64,000 bases of DNA from Flavobacteriales bacterium (GCA_016788285.1 JAEUSW010000089.1:11211-75210), one strand, 5' to 3'; positions 26,922-35,520 are shown, numbered from the stretch's first letter. A program made the numbers and translations. Notes: a model not told the origin generated them from the letters alone.

Positions 26922-28280
26922 TCAGTATGTGGTAAAAGTAAGGATGAGCCGCATGGGGTCCTCGGTGTCTTCCGGCCCCCGCAGCACCGTGCGGTCCACG
27001 GCCACGCCACCGTTGCCCGGCACGATGGACAGACCGGTGTTGCCATAGTCCCCGTTGAGCAGCCGCTGCATGTAGCGGGTGATGGCGAAGCGGTACACCC
27101 GGTCGTCCTCGTCCAGTTCGCCCCCGATCGAAAGGCCCGAGGTGAGTTGATCGGGCAGCAGCAGGTCCTCACCTTCATCGTTGCTGCGGAACAGGAAGAG
27201 CGTCGGCGAGGGCTCCAGCGCATCGGGCCAGTCCCCCCGCACCGGCACCACCAGCTCGGCCTTCGCCAGAGCGCGCAGGTCACGCTCGGGGTAGTCCAGC
27301 ACATGCGGAAGGGCGATGCGTGTGCGCAGACCGCCGAGCGATTGCACGTAGCAGGTCCCGCCCAGGGTGGTGTCGGCCAGAGCTTCCGGAAGACCGGGCT
27401 CCACCGCCGCGTCATGGCCATGCTCCATCACCGTGTACCGCACGCAGTTGTCATTGATGAGCAGGTCGAAGCTGAGGGTGTCCTCGGCGCCCGGCAGGGT
27501 GTTGCGGTAGTACAACGTGAGCTTGCTTTCGGCCAGCAGCAGGTTCAGGTAGAGGATGCCTCCCTGGCCAGGCAACTGACCGGGGTTGTCCACGCCGATG
27601 AGCAAGCCCTTCAAGTAACCGAGGAAGGCCGCGTTGTCCACCATGTCCGCCGTGCCGAACCGGCCCAGCAGCCGTTGGCCGAAGGCCGGGTCGAGCGGGA
27701 TCCGCAGCTGAGGCCCCAGGGTGTCGGCACCCACCACGGGGCGCACACCGGGCTGCGGCGTGATGAGACCGTCGTGGGGCCGCACCAGGTCGGTCGGCAC
27801 CGTGCCGGGCACATCATCCACACGGTAGGTGCTGTCCAGGGACAGGGCCTCGGTGATCTCGTGCACGGTGAACCGCTGCGCGCTCAGGTCCCCGTAAACC
27901 GGGCCACTGTCCTCGAACCGGAGGGCCAGCACGGCCGAATCGATCACCAGCCCGGTGTTGTCCTGCCCGCTGCCCACGTTGTTCGTGCTCAGCCGCACCT
28001 GGGTGACGATGCGTGCACGCACCGTGCCGAAGCGCGGATCCACGTAACTACCGAGGGCGTTGCGGCTCAGGCCATTGGTCTTCACCGGCTCTTCGCGTAC
28101 CGTCCAGGCCAGCAAGGTCGTGGTGTCGGTCACCACCAGGCCCAAGGTGTCGGCCGGGTCGATCAGGTCGCGGCCCAGTTCGTCCTCCGGCCGTTTGCAC
28201 GCACCAAGGGTCAGGACCACGAGCACCCCGAGCACGAGGCGCCTGGAACGAAGGGGATGTGGGGAGGCCAAGGCGCTCAC
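26922..28280 (-). CDS. DUF4270-like lipoprotein
   Basis: Lipobox LTLGAC. Its position between the glycogen-synthase-like gene and glmS is the synteny I recall for DUF4270 in Bacteroidota. There is no sequence-level confirmation. Confidence 0.6.
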   Translation of the reverse strand: MSALASPHPLRSRRLVLGVLVVLTLGACKRPEDELGRDLIDPADTLGLVVTDTTTLLAWTVREEPVKTNGLSRNALGSYVDPRFGTVRARIVTQVRLSTNNVGSGQDNTGLVIDSAVLALRFEDSGPVYGDLSAQRFTVHEITEALSLDSTYRVDDVPGTVPTDLVRPHDGLITPQPGVRPVVGADTLGPQLRIPLDPAFGQRLLGRFGTADMVDNAAFLGYLKGLLIGVDNPGQLPGQGGILYLNLLLAESKLTLYYRNTLPGAEDTLSFDLLINDNCVRYTVMEHGHDAAVEPGLPEALADTTLGGTCYVQSLGGLRTRIALPHVLDYPERDLRALAKAELVVPVRGDWPDALEPSPTLFLFRSNDEGEDLLLPDQLTSGLSIGGELDEDDRVYRFAITRYMQRLLNGDYGNTGLSIVPGNGGVAVDRTVLRGPEDTEDPMRLILTFTTY

Positions 28281-29098
28281 ACCAAGGCTTCCTCCAGTAC
28301 GCTCTGGTAGAACTCGGCGTGCGCCGTGATCAGGTCGGCCTGCGCCGGGCAGGACAGCACCGGCTTTTCACTGGCCTTGATGGCGCTCTCCAAGCCCTTG
28401 CCGAGCTTCGGGCTGCCCTTCACCACCGCATCGCTCATCTCGATGCCGAACTTGTACAGCTCCTCGGTGGTGGGCTTGCCCAGACCCTTGAACAGGTCCT
28501 TCGAGAAGCCTTCGAGCTCCAGCTTGCGCGCCAGGCCCTTGTCGAGGGGCTCCGGCTTCTCATCGTACACGCTGAACACCAGCTTGGCGTTCTCGAAGTG
28601 TGGATCGTCGCTGAAGTGATGCTTCACGTACAGGGGCACGAAAGCCGTCATCCAGCCGTGGCAGTGGATGATGTCCGGCACCCAGCCCAGCTTGCGCACG
28701 GTCTCGAGCACCCCGCGGCTGAAGAACAGCGCACGCTCGTCGTTGTCCGGGTGGAACGCACCGTCCTTGTCGTTCCACGTGCACTTGCGCTTGAAGTACT
28801 CCTCATTGTCGATGAAGTACACCTGCATCCGGGCGCTGGGCACACTGGCCACCTTGATCAGCAGGGCGTGGTCCGTGTCGTTGATGATGAGGTTCATCCC
28901 GCTGAGCCGGATCACCTCGTGCAGCTGGTGGCGCCGCTCATTGATGCATCCGAACTTGGGCATGAAGACCCGGATCTCGTTGCCGCACTCCAGAATGCCT
29001 TGCGGCAGCTGGCGCGTGGCCTGGGCCATCTCGTGCTCCTCCAGGAACGGATGGATCGACTGGGCGATGGTCAGGACTTTCGCGTTCTTCAGGCTCAT
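28277..29098 (-). CDS. Short glycogen/starch-synthase-like protein (N-terminal GT5-type domain only)
   Basis: MSLKNAKVLTIAQSIHPFLEEHEMAQATRQLPQGILECGNEIRVFMPKFG...VYFIDNEEYF; 273 aa. The start at 29098 lies within track ORF 28277..29128. Confidence 0.7.
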   Translation of the reverse strand: MSLKNAKVLTIAQSIHPFLEEHEMAQATRQLPQGILECGNEIRVFMPKFGCINERRHQLHEVIRLSGMNLIINDTDHALLIKVASVPSARMQVYFIDNEEYFKRKCTWNDKDGAFHPDNDERALFFSRGVLETVRKLGWVPDIIHCHGWMTAFVPLYVKHHFSDDPHFENAKLVFSVYDEKPEPLDKGLARKLELEGFSKDLFKGLGKPTTEELYKFGIEMSDAVVKGSPKLGKGLESAIKASEKPVLSCPAQADLITAHAEFYQSVLEEALV

Positions 29099-29125
29099 TC
29101 GGAAGGGGTGGGGGGAAAACGGGTA

Positions 29126-29133
29126 CAAAAATA
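29126..29133 (-). promoter_or_regulatory. -7 box TATTTTTG (perfect TAnnTTTG) for the glycogen-synthase-like/DUF4270/glmS operon
   Basis: Reverse complement of caaaaata, 27 nt upstream of the ATG at 29098. Confidence 0.4.
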
Positions 29134-29224
29134 TAGACTTTCCGGCGGACCTTCAACCGCGTGTCCTAGCTTGGCACCGGCCCGGACGGGCGTTTCTCCC
29201 TGCCTGACAAGGACTTCCGCCGAC

Positions 29225-30073
29225 ATGGACCGACTGTCCGTCCCATCCGAAGCGGCCGCTTGGAGCGCCGCCCAGCGCCGCCAGGGGGGACGTGTCGGCT
29301 TCGTGCCCACCATGGGGGCCCTGCACGCCGGCCATCTGGCCTTGGTGGCGGAGGCGCGGCGCCAATGCGACCGCGTGGCGGCCAGCATCTTCGTCAACCC
29401 CCTGCAGTTCAACAACCCCGAGGACCTCGCCCGCTACCCGCGGCAGCCCGAGGCCGATGCCCGGCTCCTGGAGGAAGCCGGCTGCGACATGCTCTTCCAG
29501 CCCGACGCCGAGGGCCTATACCATGGGACCAGCCCATTGCGGTATGAGCTGCACGGCCTGGACCTGCACTGGGAGGGACCCAGCCGTCCCGGCCACTTCC
29601 AAGGCGTGGTGAACGTCGTCGAGCGCCTGTTCCACTATGTTCGGCCCGATCGGGCCTTCTTCGGGGAGAAGGACCGACAGCAGCTCACGATCATCCGCCA
29701 CGTCGCGAACACCCTGCATTGGCCGACGGTGATCGTGCCCTGCCCCACCCTGCGCGAGACCGATGGCCTGGCGATGAGCAGCCGGAACCAACGCCTCGGT
29801 CCCGCGGATCGCGCCCGCGCACCGCTGCTGTACCGGGCGCTTCAGGCCGTGGCGGACCTCGCCTTCCACCACAGCGTGGAGGAGGCCCGCCAGGCGGGGC
29901 TGGACGTGCTGGCCGGCGACCCGGAGATCCAGCTTGACCACCTGGGCATCGCGCACCCGGACACCCTGGTCCCGCTCACCCACTGGGACGGGCTCGACCG
30001 GGCCGTGGCCTTGATCGCCGCCCAAGTGGGCCCGGTGCGGCTGATCGACAACCTGGACCTGCGTCGCGGATGA
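29225..30073 (+). CDS. panC: Pantoate--beta-alanine ligase
   Basis: VGFVPTMGALHAGHLALV...FVNPLQFN...GHFQGV...FGEKDRQQ...MSSRN; 282 aa. This is the real part of chimeric track ORF 28013..30073. Confidence 0.93.
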   Translation: MDRLSVPSEAAAWSAAQRRQGGRVGFVPTMGALHAGHLALVAEARRQCDRVAASIFVNPLQFNNPEDLARYPRQPEADARLLEEAGCDMLFQPDAEGLYHGTSPLRYELHGLDLHWEGPSRPGHFQGVVNVVERLFHYVRPDRAFFGEKDRQQLTIIRHVANTLHWPTVIVPCPTLRETDGLAMSSRNQRLGPADRARAPLLYRALQAVADLAFHHSVEEARQAGLDVLAGDPEIQLDHLGIAHPDTLVPLTHWDGLDRAVALIAAQVGPVRLIDNLDLRRG

Positions 30074-30116
30074 GCCGGTGGCGATACCTTTGCCGCCCGC
30101 ATTCCGCGGACCGCCC

Positions 30117-30470
30117 ATGACCATCGAAGTCCTCCGCGCCAAGATCCATCGTGTCCGTGTCACCGAGGCTGACATCAACTACATCGGCAGCATCACGCTG
30201 GACGAGGACCTGATCGATGCCGCCGGCCTGGTGGAAGGCGAAAAAGTGCAGGTGCTGAACGTCAACAATGGCGACCGCTTGTACACCTATGTCATCAAAG
30301 GAGCGCGCGGCACCGGGGTGGTATGCCTCAACGGCCCGGCCGCCCGGCGCGTGAGCGTGGGCGATATCGTGATCGTGGTGGCCTATGCCCACATGACCCT
30401 GGAGGAGGCCCGCGCCTACCGCCCCACCATCATCTTCCCCGACGAGCGCACCAATACGCTCAAGCCGTAG
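30117..30470 (+). CDS. panD: Aspartate 1-decarboxylase
   Basis: MTIEVLRAKIHRVRVTEADINYIGSITLD contains the Gly-Ser self-cleavage site; 117 aa. Confidence 0.93.
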   Translation: MTIEVLRAKIHRVRVTEADINYIGSITLDEDLIDAAGLVEGEKVQVLNVNNGDRLYTYVIKGARGTGVVCLNGPAARRVSVGDIVIVVAYAHMTLEEARAYRPTIIFPDERTNTLKP

Positions 30471-30475
30471 GACCC

Positions 30476-31486
30476 ATGCGCAAGGCGGTCTGGGGCACCC
30501 TGAAGGTGGCGGTGCCCGTGGCCTTGGGCATCTGGCTCGTGCTCCACTTCTACCGCCAGCTGGACGATGGCCAGCGAGCGGCCCTCTTCGAGGCCTTCGG
30601 CCGCGCCTCGGTGCCCTGGCTGGTGCTCAGCAACCTGCTGGGCTGGCTGAGCCATGTGAGCCGCGGATGGCGTTGGCGTTACCTGCTCCGCCACCTGGGC
30701 CACGAGCCCGGGTTCTGGTCCTGCTATCATGCCGTGATGGGCGGTTACTTCATGAACATGCTGCTGCCCCGCGCCGGAGAGGCCAGTCGGGCCGCCATGC
30801 TCTACCGCACCGAAGGCGTGCCCTTCGAGAAGGGGTTCGGCACGATCCTCGCCGAACGGGCCGTGGACATGGTGATGCTGCTGGGCATCGCCGGCGTCAC
30901 CCTGCTGCTGCAGGCCGACAAGATCGACCTCTTCCAGGCACGCATCGCCGCGTTCCGCGCACAACAGGCCACCGGCCCCGATGGTCAGGGCCTGGGCTGG
31001 TGGGTGCTCGCGCTCGGGGTCATCGGCGCGGCCGTGGCCGCGTTCCTGGTGTTCACCCGTCCCAACTTACGTGCACGGGTGATGGACGGCGTCCGCGGTT
31101 TCGTGGAAGGCGTGCGTTCCATCCTGCGCACGCCGGACAAGGGCCCGTACCTCTTCCATACCGCCTTGATCTGGGCGCTGTACGTGGCCATGTTCTGGGT
31201 GGGCTTCATGGCCCTCCCCGAGACCCGGGACGTGCCCCCTGCCGGCGTGATGGCCGGGTTCATCGCCGGCTCGGTCGGCATCGTCCTCGTTCAGGGCGGC
31301 ATCGGCGCATACCCCGCCTTCGTGGCCCTCATCGTCAGCGTGTACATGTCCGGCGGCGAGGGCGGCGTCATCCGCCCCGAGGCCCTGGCCATGGGCTGGC
31401 TGCTGTGGGTGGCCCAAACGCTCATGATCATCAGCCTCGGCGGCCTCTCGCTACTTTTGGTCGCCCGCAAGCGCAGCACCCCATGA
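30476..31486 (+). CDS. Flippase-like / lysylphosphatidylglycerol-synthase TM-region family (UPF0104) membrane protein
   Basis: Polytopic protein with the SRGWRWRYLL motif; 336 aa from the ATG at 30476. Confidence 0.6.
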   Translation: MRKAVWGTLKVAVPVALGIWLVLHFYRQLDDGQRAALFEAFGRASVPWLVLSNLLGWLSHVSRGWRWRYLLRHLGHEPGFWSCYHAVMGGYFMNMLLPRAGEASRAAMLYRTEGVPFEKGFGTILAERAVDMVMLLGIAGVTLLLQADKIDLFQARIAAFRAQQATGPDGQGLGWWVLALGVIGAAVAAFLVFTRPNLRARVMDGVRGFVEGVRSILRTPDKGPYLFHTALIWALYVAMFWVGFMALPETRDVPPAGVMAGFIAGSVGIVLVQGGIGAYPAFVALIVSVYMSGGEGGVIRPEALAMGWLLWVAQTLMIISLGGLSLLLVARKRSTP

Positions 31487-31989
31487 CCACCGATCTCGCA
31501 CCCGCCAGCGTTCACCCCCACGTGACCGACCGCGTCGGTGCCGTGCGTCTGGCCCACGTCTGGCGCGTGAAGGGCGACCGCATCGTGTTCACCAACGGCT
31601 GCTTCGACCTCCTGCACCGCGGCCACGTGGAGTACCTGGAGGAAGCGGCGCAGCTCGGCGACCGCCTGGTGGTGGGCATCAACAGCGACGCCAGTGTGCG
31701 CCGTCTGGGCAAGGGCGCCGATCGACCCCTCAACGATGAGGAGAGCCGCGCGTTGGTGGTGGCCGCCCTGCGCTGCGTGGATGCCGTGGTGGTCTTTGAC
31801 GAGGACACCCCGCTGGAGCTGATCACCGCCCTACAGCCCGACGTGCTGGCCAAGGGCGGCGACTGGCGGCCCGAGCAGATCGTGGGCGCCGACGTGGTGA
31901 AGGCCCGCGGCGGCAGCGTGCACAGCCTGAAGCTCGTGGACGGCTTCTCCACCACCGCCCTGGTCGAGAGGATCCGCAATGGCCGCTAA
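31483..31989 (+). CDS. rfaE2: D-glycero-beta-D-manno-heptose 1-phosphate adenylyltransferase-like cytidylyltransferase (RfaE domain II type)
   Basis: FTNGCFDLLHRGHVEYL carries the HxGH motif; also GINSDASV and a C-terminal ...FSTTALVERI; 168 aa. ATGA overlap with the upstream gene. Confidence 0.8.
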   Translation: MTTDLAPASVHPHVTDRVGAVRLAHVWRVKGDRIVFTNGCFDLLHRGHVEYLEEAAQLGDRLVVGINSDASVRRLGKGADRPLNDEESRALVVAALRCVDAVVVFDEDTPLELITALQPDVLAKGGDWRPEQIVGADVVKARGGSVHSLKLVDGFSTTALVERIRNGR

Positions 31990-33403
31990 GGTCCGCTCCC
32001 AGTTCGTCTGCCAGAACTGCGGCTCGGCCTTTCCGCAGTGGCTCGGGCAATGCCCCAGCTGCAAGCAGTGGAACACCCTGGTGGAGGAGGTGCGCGACCG
32101 CGTCGAGGAGAAGCGCGGCACACCGGCCAGCGTGAAGGGCCGCACGCCGAAGCCGGTCGCCATCGGCGACATCCCCGCACAGGACGGCCCGCGGATCCCG
32201 CTCAGCGACCGCGAGCTCGCCCGCGTGATGGGCGGTGGCCTCGTGCCCGGCAGCATCACGCTCATCGGCGGTGAGCCCGGCATCGGCAAGAGCACCCTGC
32301 TGCTGCAGACCGCGCTGCGCAACCCCCATCTGAAGACGCTGTACGTCTCCGGCGAGGAGAGCGAGCACCAGGTGAAGATGCGCGCCGAGCGCTTGCAAGT
32401 GGCGAGTGGCGAGTGTCGAGTGGCGAGTGAGCCCACTCGACACTCGTCACTCGAAACTCGCCGCTCCGAAAGCTGTTACGTCCTGACGGAAACGAACACG
32501 CAGAACATCTTCAAGCACATCGAGGCGCTGGAGCCGGGGCTGGTGGTGATCGACAGCGTGCAGACGCTTCACACCGCCACGCTCGATGCGAGCCCGGGCA
32601 GCGTGGGCCAGGTGCGTGAGTGCACCGCCGAGATCATGCGCTTCGCCAAGGCCACGGACGTACCCTTCGTGCTCATCGGCCACATCACCAAGGACGGCTT
32701 CATCGCGGGCCCGAAGGTGCTGGAGCACATGGTGGACTGCGTGCTGCAGTTCGAGGGCGACCGCGACCATGCGTACCGCCTGCTGCGCCCGTTGAAGAAC
32801 CGCTTCGGCAGCACCAACGAGCTCGGCATCTACGAGATGCACGGCACGGGCCTCGCCGCCGTGGAGGATCCGAGCCAGGTGCTGCTCGGCGACCGGCGCG
32901 AGCGCCCCAGCGGCGTGGCCGTGAGCGCGACGCTCGAAGGACAACGCCCCTTGCTGATCGAAGTGCAGGCCCTGGTGAGCAGCGCGGTGTACGGCACGCC
33001 GCAGCGCAGCGCCACCGGATTCGACCTGCGTCGCTTGAACATGCTGCTCGCCGTGCTGGAGAAGCGCTGCGGCTTCCGGCTCGGGCAGAAGGACGTGTTC
33101 CTCAACCTCGCCGGCGGCTTCCGCGTGGAGGAGCCCGCGATCGACCTGGCCGTGGTGTGCGCCGTGCTCAGCAGCAACGCCGACATCGCCATCCCCATGG
33201 ACACCGCGTTCTGCGGCGAGGTGGGCCTCACCGGCGAGATCCGCCCCGTGACGCGCACCGATCAGCGCATCGCCGAAGCGCAGAAGCTCGGCTTCGCCCG
33301 CGTGTTCGTGCCCAAGGGCACCAAGGGCATCGGCCCGGTAAAGGGCATCGAGCTGGTGCAGGTGGGCCAGGTGAACGAGGTGCTCAGCGCCTTATTCGGC
33401 TAG
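31979..33403 (+). CDS. radA: DNA repair protein RadA/Sms (carries a ~20-aa in-frame insertion)
   Basis: Zn-finger CQNCGSAFPQWLGQCPSCKQWN, Walker A GGEPGIGKST, KNRFG motif, and a Lon-like C-terminal domain; 474 aa. Confidence 0.93.
   Translation: MAAKVRSQFVCQNCGSAFPQWLGQCPSCKQWNTLVEEVRDRVEEKRGTPASVKGRTPKPVAIGDIPAQDGPRIPLSDRELARVMGGGLVPGSITLIGGEPGIGKSTLLLQTALRNPHLKTLYVSGEESEHQVKMRAERLQVASGECRVASEPTRHSSLETRRSESCYVLTETNTQNIFKHIEALEPGLVVIDSVQTLHTATLDASPGSVGQVRECTAEIMRFAKATDVPFVLIGHITKDGFIAGPKVLEHMVDCVLQFEGDRDHAYRLLRPLKNRFGSTNELGIYEMHGTGLAAVEDPSQVLLGDRRERPSGVAVSATLEGQRPLLIEVQALVSSAVYGTPQRSATGFDLRRLNMLLAVLEKRCGFRLGQKDVFLNLAGGFRVEEPAIDLAVVCAVLSSNADIAIPMDTAFCGEVGLTGEIRPVTRTDQRIAEAQKLGFARVFVPKGTKGIGPVKGIELVQVGQVNEVLSALFG
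32398..32462. repeat. Palindromic heptad element embedded in-frame in radA
   Basis: Four heptads GGCGAGT, GGCGAGT, GTCGAGT, GGCGAGT at 32401-32428. A 6-nt centre. Then ACTCGAC, ACTCGTC, ACTCGAA, ACTCGCC at 32435-32462. Positions 32403-32423 pair with 32433-32453 (20 Watson-Crick pairs + 1 G:T) around a 9-nt loop. Confidence 0.8.
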
Positions 33404-33910
33404 GCGACCTGGCCGCTCCCCGCGCAACGCTTCCGCATAGACCGCCGCGCGCGTTTCGGAGTAGTGGTCCACCACAAGACCGGTGGCTGCGAAGACCATC
33501 AGACCCACGGCGATGCCCGAGGTGGTGGGGTTCCGCCAGAACAGCATGAGCGCCGCCGCGGCCAGCAGGCACGCCGCATAGAGGTAACGGTATGTGGCGT
33601 AGTTGCGGTTCACCACGGCCATGCGCGCACCTTCATCCGCACGCACACCGGCCTCCTCACCTTGTGCCAGCCTCTCGCGCAGCCGCTCGGCATGCGGGCC
33701 ATCACGCAGCAGCAGCGGCACCGCCACGCTGAACGCCACCACCGCGATCAGACCGAGCGTCATGGACAGCGCACGTGCAAAGCGGTCCGCCGAGATCCAC
33801 AGGAGCGCGGCGGCCACCACCAACGCACCACCGAAGACGAGGAAGGCGATCATCTCGGCGCGTTCGCCGCGGAAGTAGATGTCGATCGCGGAGCGAAGGG
33901 GTTCGGACAT
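33392..33910 (-). CDS. Hypothetical membrane protein (about 4 TM helices)
   Basis: 172-aa track ORF with hydrophobic helices. The overlapping plus-strand ORF 33464..33976 is Arg/His-rich junk. It overlaps the radA 3' end by 12 nt. Confidence 0.6.
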   Translation of the reverse strand: MSEPLRSAIDIYFRGERAEMIAFLVFGGALVVAAALLWISADRFARALSMTLGLIAVVAFSVAVPLLLRDGPHAERLRERLAQGEEAGVRADEGARMAVVNRNYATYRYLYAACLLAAAALMLFWRNPTTSGIAVGLMVFAATGLVVDHYSETRAAVYAEALRGERPGRLAE

Positions 33911-33991
33911 GGGGTGAAGCTAGTCCGCTCCGTCGGTCGGTCCACAGGCACCCCCGGCAGCTGGCGCGGCATGTGATCGTTATTTCTTGTG

Positions 33992-34039
33992 AATGAGGGA
34001 GTAAGCCTCATTTCGTATGCACGCATACGATTACCTTTG
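33992..34039 (+). promoter_or_regulatory. AT-rich control region: hairpin, 16-bp perfect palindrome and -7 box abutting the start codon
   Basis: AATGAGG (33992-33998) pairs with CCTCATT (34006-34012). CGTATGCACGCATACG at 34014-34029 is a perfect dyad. TACCTTTG at 34032-34039 is a perfect TAnnTTTG. The ATG follows at 34045. Confidence 0.45.
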
Positions 34040-34044
34040 CCGCC

Positions 34045-34455
34045 ATGAACGGACATCCTTCCCTGATCGACACAGCGACGGCCACCGTGGAGCGTGTCTC
34101 CGCGGAACTGATCGAGGTGCGCTTCAAGCCGGATGTGAAGTTGGATGTGGAGGGGATCGGCGAGGTCGTGAGCGCGAAACGTACCCTCTGCGGGGTCGAC
34201 AGCCCCGATGTGCTGGCGGTGATGCCGCCGGAGGTCGACTTCGAACTGAACGTCCTGAACGTGGACCACAGCAAGGCCAACGGCGGCTGCCCCACGCGCC
34301 GGTTGGCCTTCGCGGGCCAGAGCGCGCTGAACGAGCGACTGGCCAACCTCTACTTCAGCTATTTCCCGCGCCACGGCGAGACACGGGTGTTCAACGATGA
34401 GCGCGAGGCCCGCCAGTGGCTGGATCAGCCCGCCGAGGTCGTCCCGGTCCCCTGA
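34045..34455 (+). CDS. Small STAS/SpoIIAA-like-fold protein of unknown function (paralogue of 53984..54403)
   Basis: 136-aa track ORF. It aligns by eye over its whole length with the 139-aa protein at 53984..54403, with shared motifs DF(E/D)..V..VDH and YFP.....VFNDE.EAR.WL. The fold assignment is tentative. Confidence 0.6.
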   Translation: MNGHPSLIDTATATVERVSAELIEVRFKPDVKLDVEGIGEVVSAKRTLCGVDSPDVLAVMPPEVDFELNVLNVDHSKANGGCPTRRLAFAGQSALNERLANLYFSYFPRHGETRVFNDEREARQWLDQPAEVVPVP

Positions 34456-35486
34456 ACGAGGTCATCGGCCCACGACAAGGCCATCTTGCCCAGCGTGCGG
34501 CCCGAGCCCAGCGCGCGCAGCGCTGCGGGCAGCTGCTGCGCGGGCAGCGTGGCGTGCACGTGCGGCCTCACCATTCCTCCTGACGCGGCGTGCACGATGG
34601 CCTGAAGGCATTCGGCCACGAGCTCGGGCCGGTGGTCGCCGAGCTTCAACATGTTGATGCCGACGATGCCCTTGCTGCGCATCATCAGGAAGATGGGCAC
34701 CACCAGGCCCATGTCCCACACGAAGCGCAGGGTGGCGAACGGACCCGCGCCGCTGCCGCGCTGGGCACCACCGAAAAGCACGACCGTGCCGCCGCTGCCG
34801 ATCAGGCTCATGTCCGTGCGGAAACTGCGCCCCGCCACGGCGTTGAAGCTGACATCGAGCCGCGCGCCGGCGAGCGCGGACCGCACGGCGGCATCGTAAG
34901 GCCCCGCCAGCCGGTCGATCGGATGCTGCACGCCCAGGGCCCGCAAGTGGGCCACCTTCTCCGCCCCGCCGGCCACGGCGAACACCGTGCATCCGCTGTG
35001 CAAGGCAAGCTGGACGAGCAGCTGCCCCACCCCACCGGCGGCGCTGTGCACCAGCACCCGCATGCCGGCGCGGAGCGGCACGGCCATGCGCGCGGCGTAC
35101 CAGGCCGTGCAGCCCTGGGTGGCCAGCGCGGCGGCCACGCCCAGCGGCAGTTCATCGGGGACCGGAGCGCACGCCCGCCCATCCGCCAGCGCCAGCTCCG
35201 CATAGCCGCCGAAGCGCGTCAACGCGACCACCCGGCGTCCGTGCAGCGCGGCGGAGGCGCCCGGCCCGCACTCCACCACCCGGCCCACCACCTCATAGCC
35301 CAGCACGCTGGGCAGCGGCGGGGCCTCGCGGTAGAGGCCGCGCACGGCCATCACATCGGCGTAGTTGATGCCGAAGCCCTCCGCACGGATGAGGACCTGC
35401 CCCGGCCCGGGCCGTGGATCGGCGAGCTCCACGAGCCGCAGGCCGCGCTCGGGATCACCGTGCCGATGAAGTTGCCACGCGCGCAT
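34425..35486 (-). CDS. Zinc-type alcohol dehydrogenase / NADPH:quinone oxidoreductase family (MDR superfamily) protein
   Basis: MRAWQL...GQVLIRAEGFGINYADV..RGLY...P.VLGYEVVGRV...VLVHSAAGGVGQLLVQLA; 353 aa. Confidence 0.8.
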   Translation of the reverse strand: MRAWQLHRHGDPERGLRLVELADPRPGPGQVLIRAEGFGINYADVMAVRGLYREAPPLPSVLGYEVVGRVVECGPGASAALHGRRVVALTRFGGYAELALADGRACAPVPDELPLGVAAALATQGCTAWYAARMAVPLRAGMRVLVHSAAGGVGQLLVQLALHSGCTVFAVAGGAEKVAHLRALGVQHPIDRLAGPYDAAVRSALAGARLDVSFNAVAGRSFRTDMSLIGSGGTVVLFGGAQRGSGAGPFATLRFVWDMGLVVPIFLMMRSKGIVGINMLKLGDHRPELVAECLQAIVHAASGGMVRPHVHATLPAQQLPAALRALGSGRTLGKMALSWADDLVQGTGTTSAG

Positions 35487-35520
35487 CCGGGGAAGGGTCG
35501 GGGGTGAAGGTCGGTGCGAT

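Noticed and set aside
25743-28310. 855-aa plus-strand ORF; similar long ORFs at 22123..23508(-), 47317..49830(+), 51852..53387(-), 54407..55591(-), 56697..58352(-) and 58398..59240(-)
   Set aside because: Each is the antisense shadow of a gene with clear family motifs (glmS/DUF4270-like, S41, O-antigen ligase/S41, acyl-CoA dehydrogenase, the two MBOATs, SGNH-like partner-2). All share the same Arg/His/Gly/Ala-rich composition.
31823-32443. Minus-strand ORFs (206 and 201 aa) crossing the radA palindrome
   Set aside because: They are antisense to radA, whose motifs are unambiguous. Their N-termini simply translate the other arm of the palindrome.
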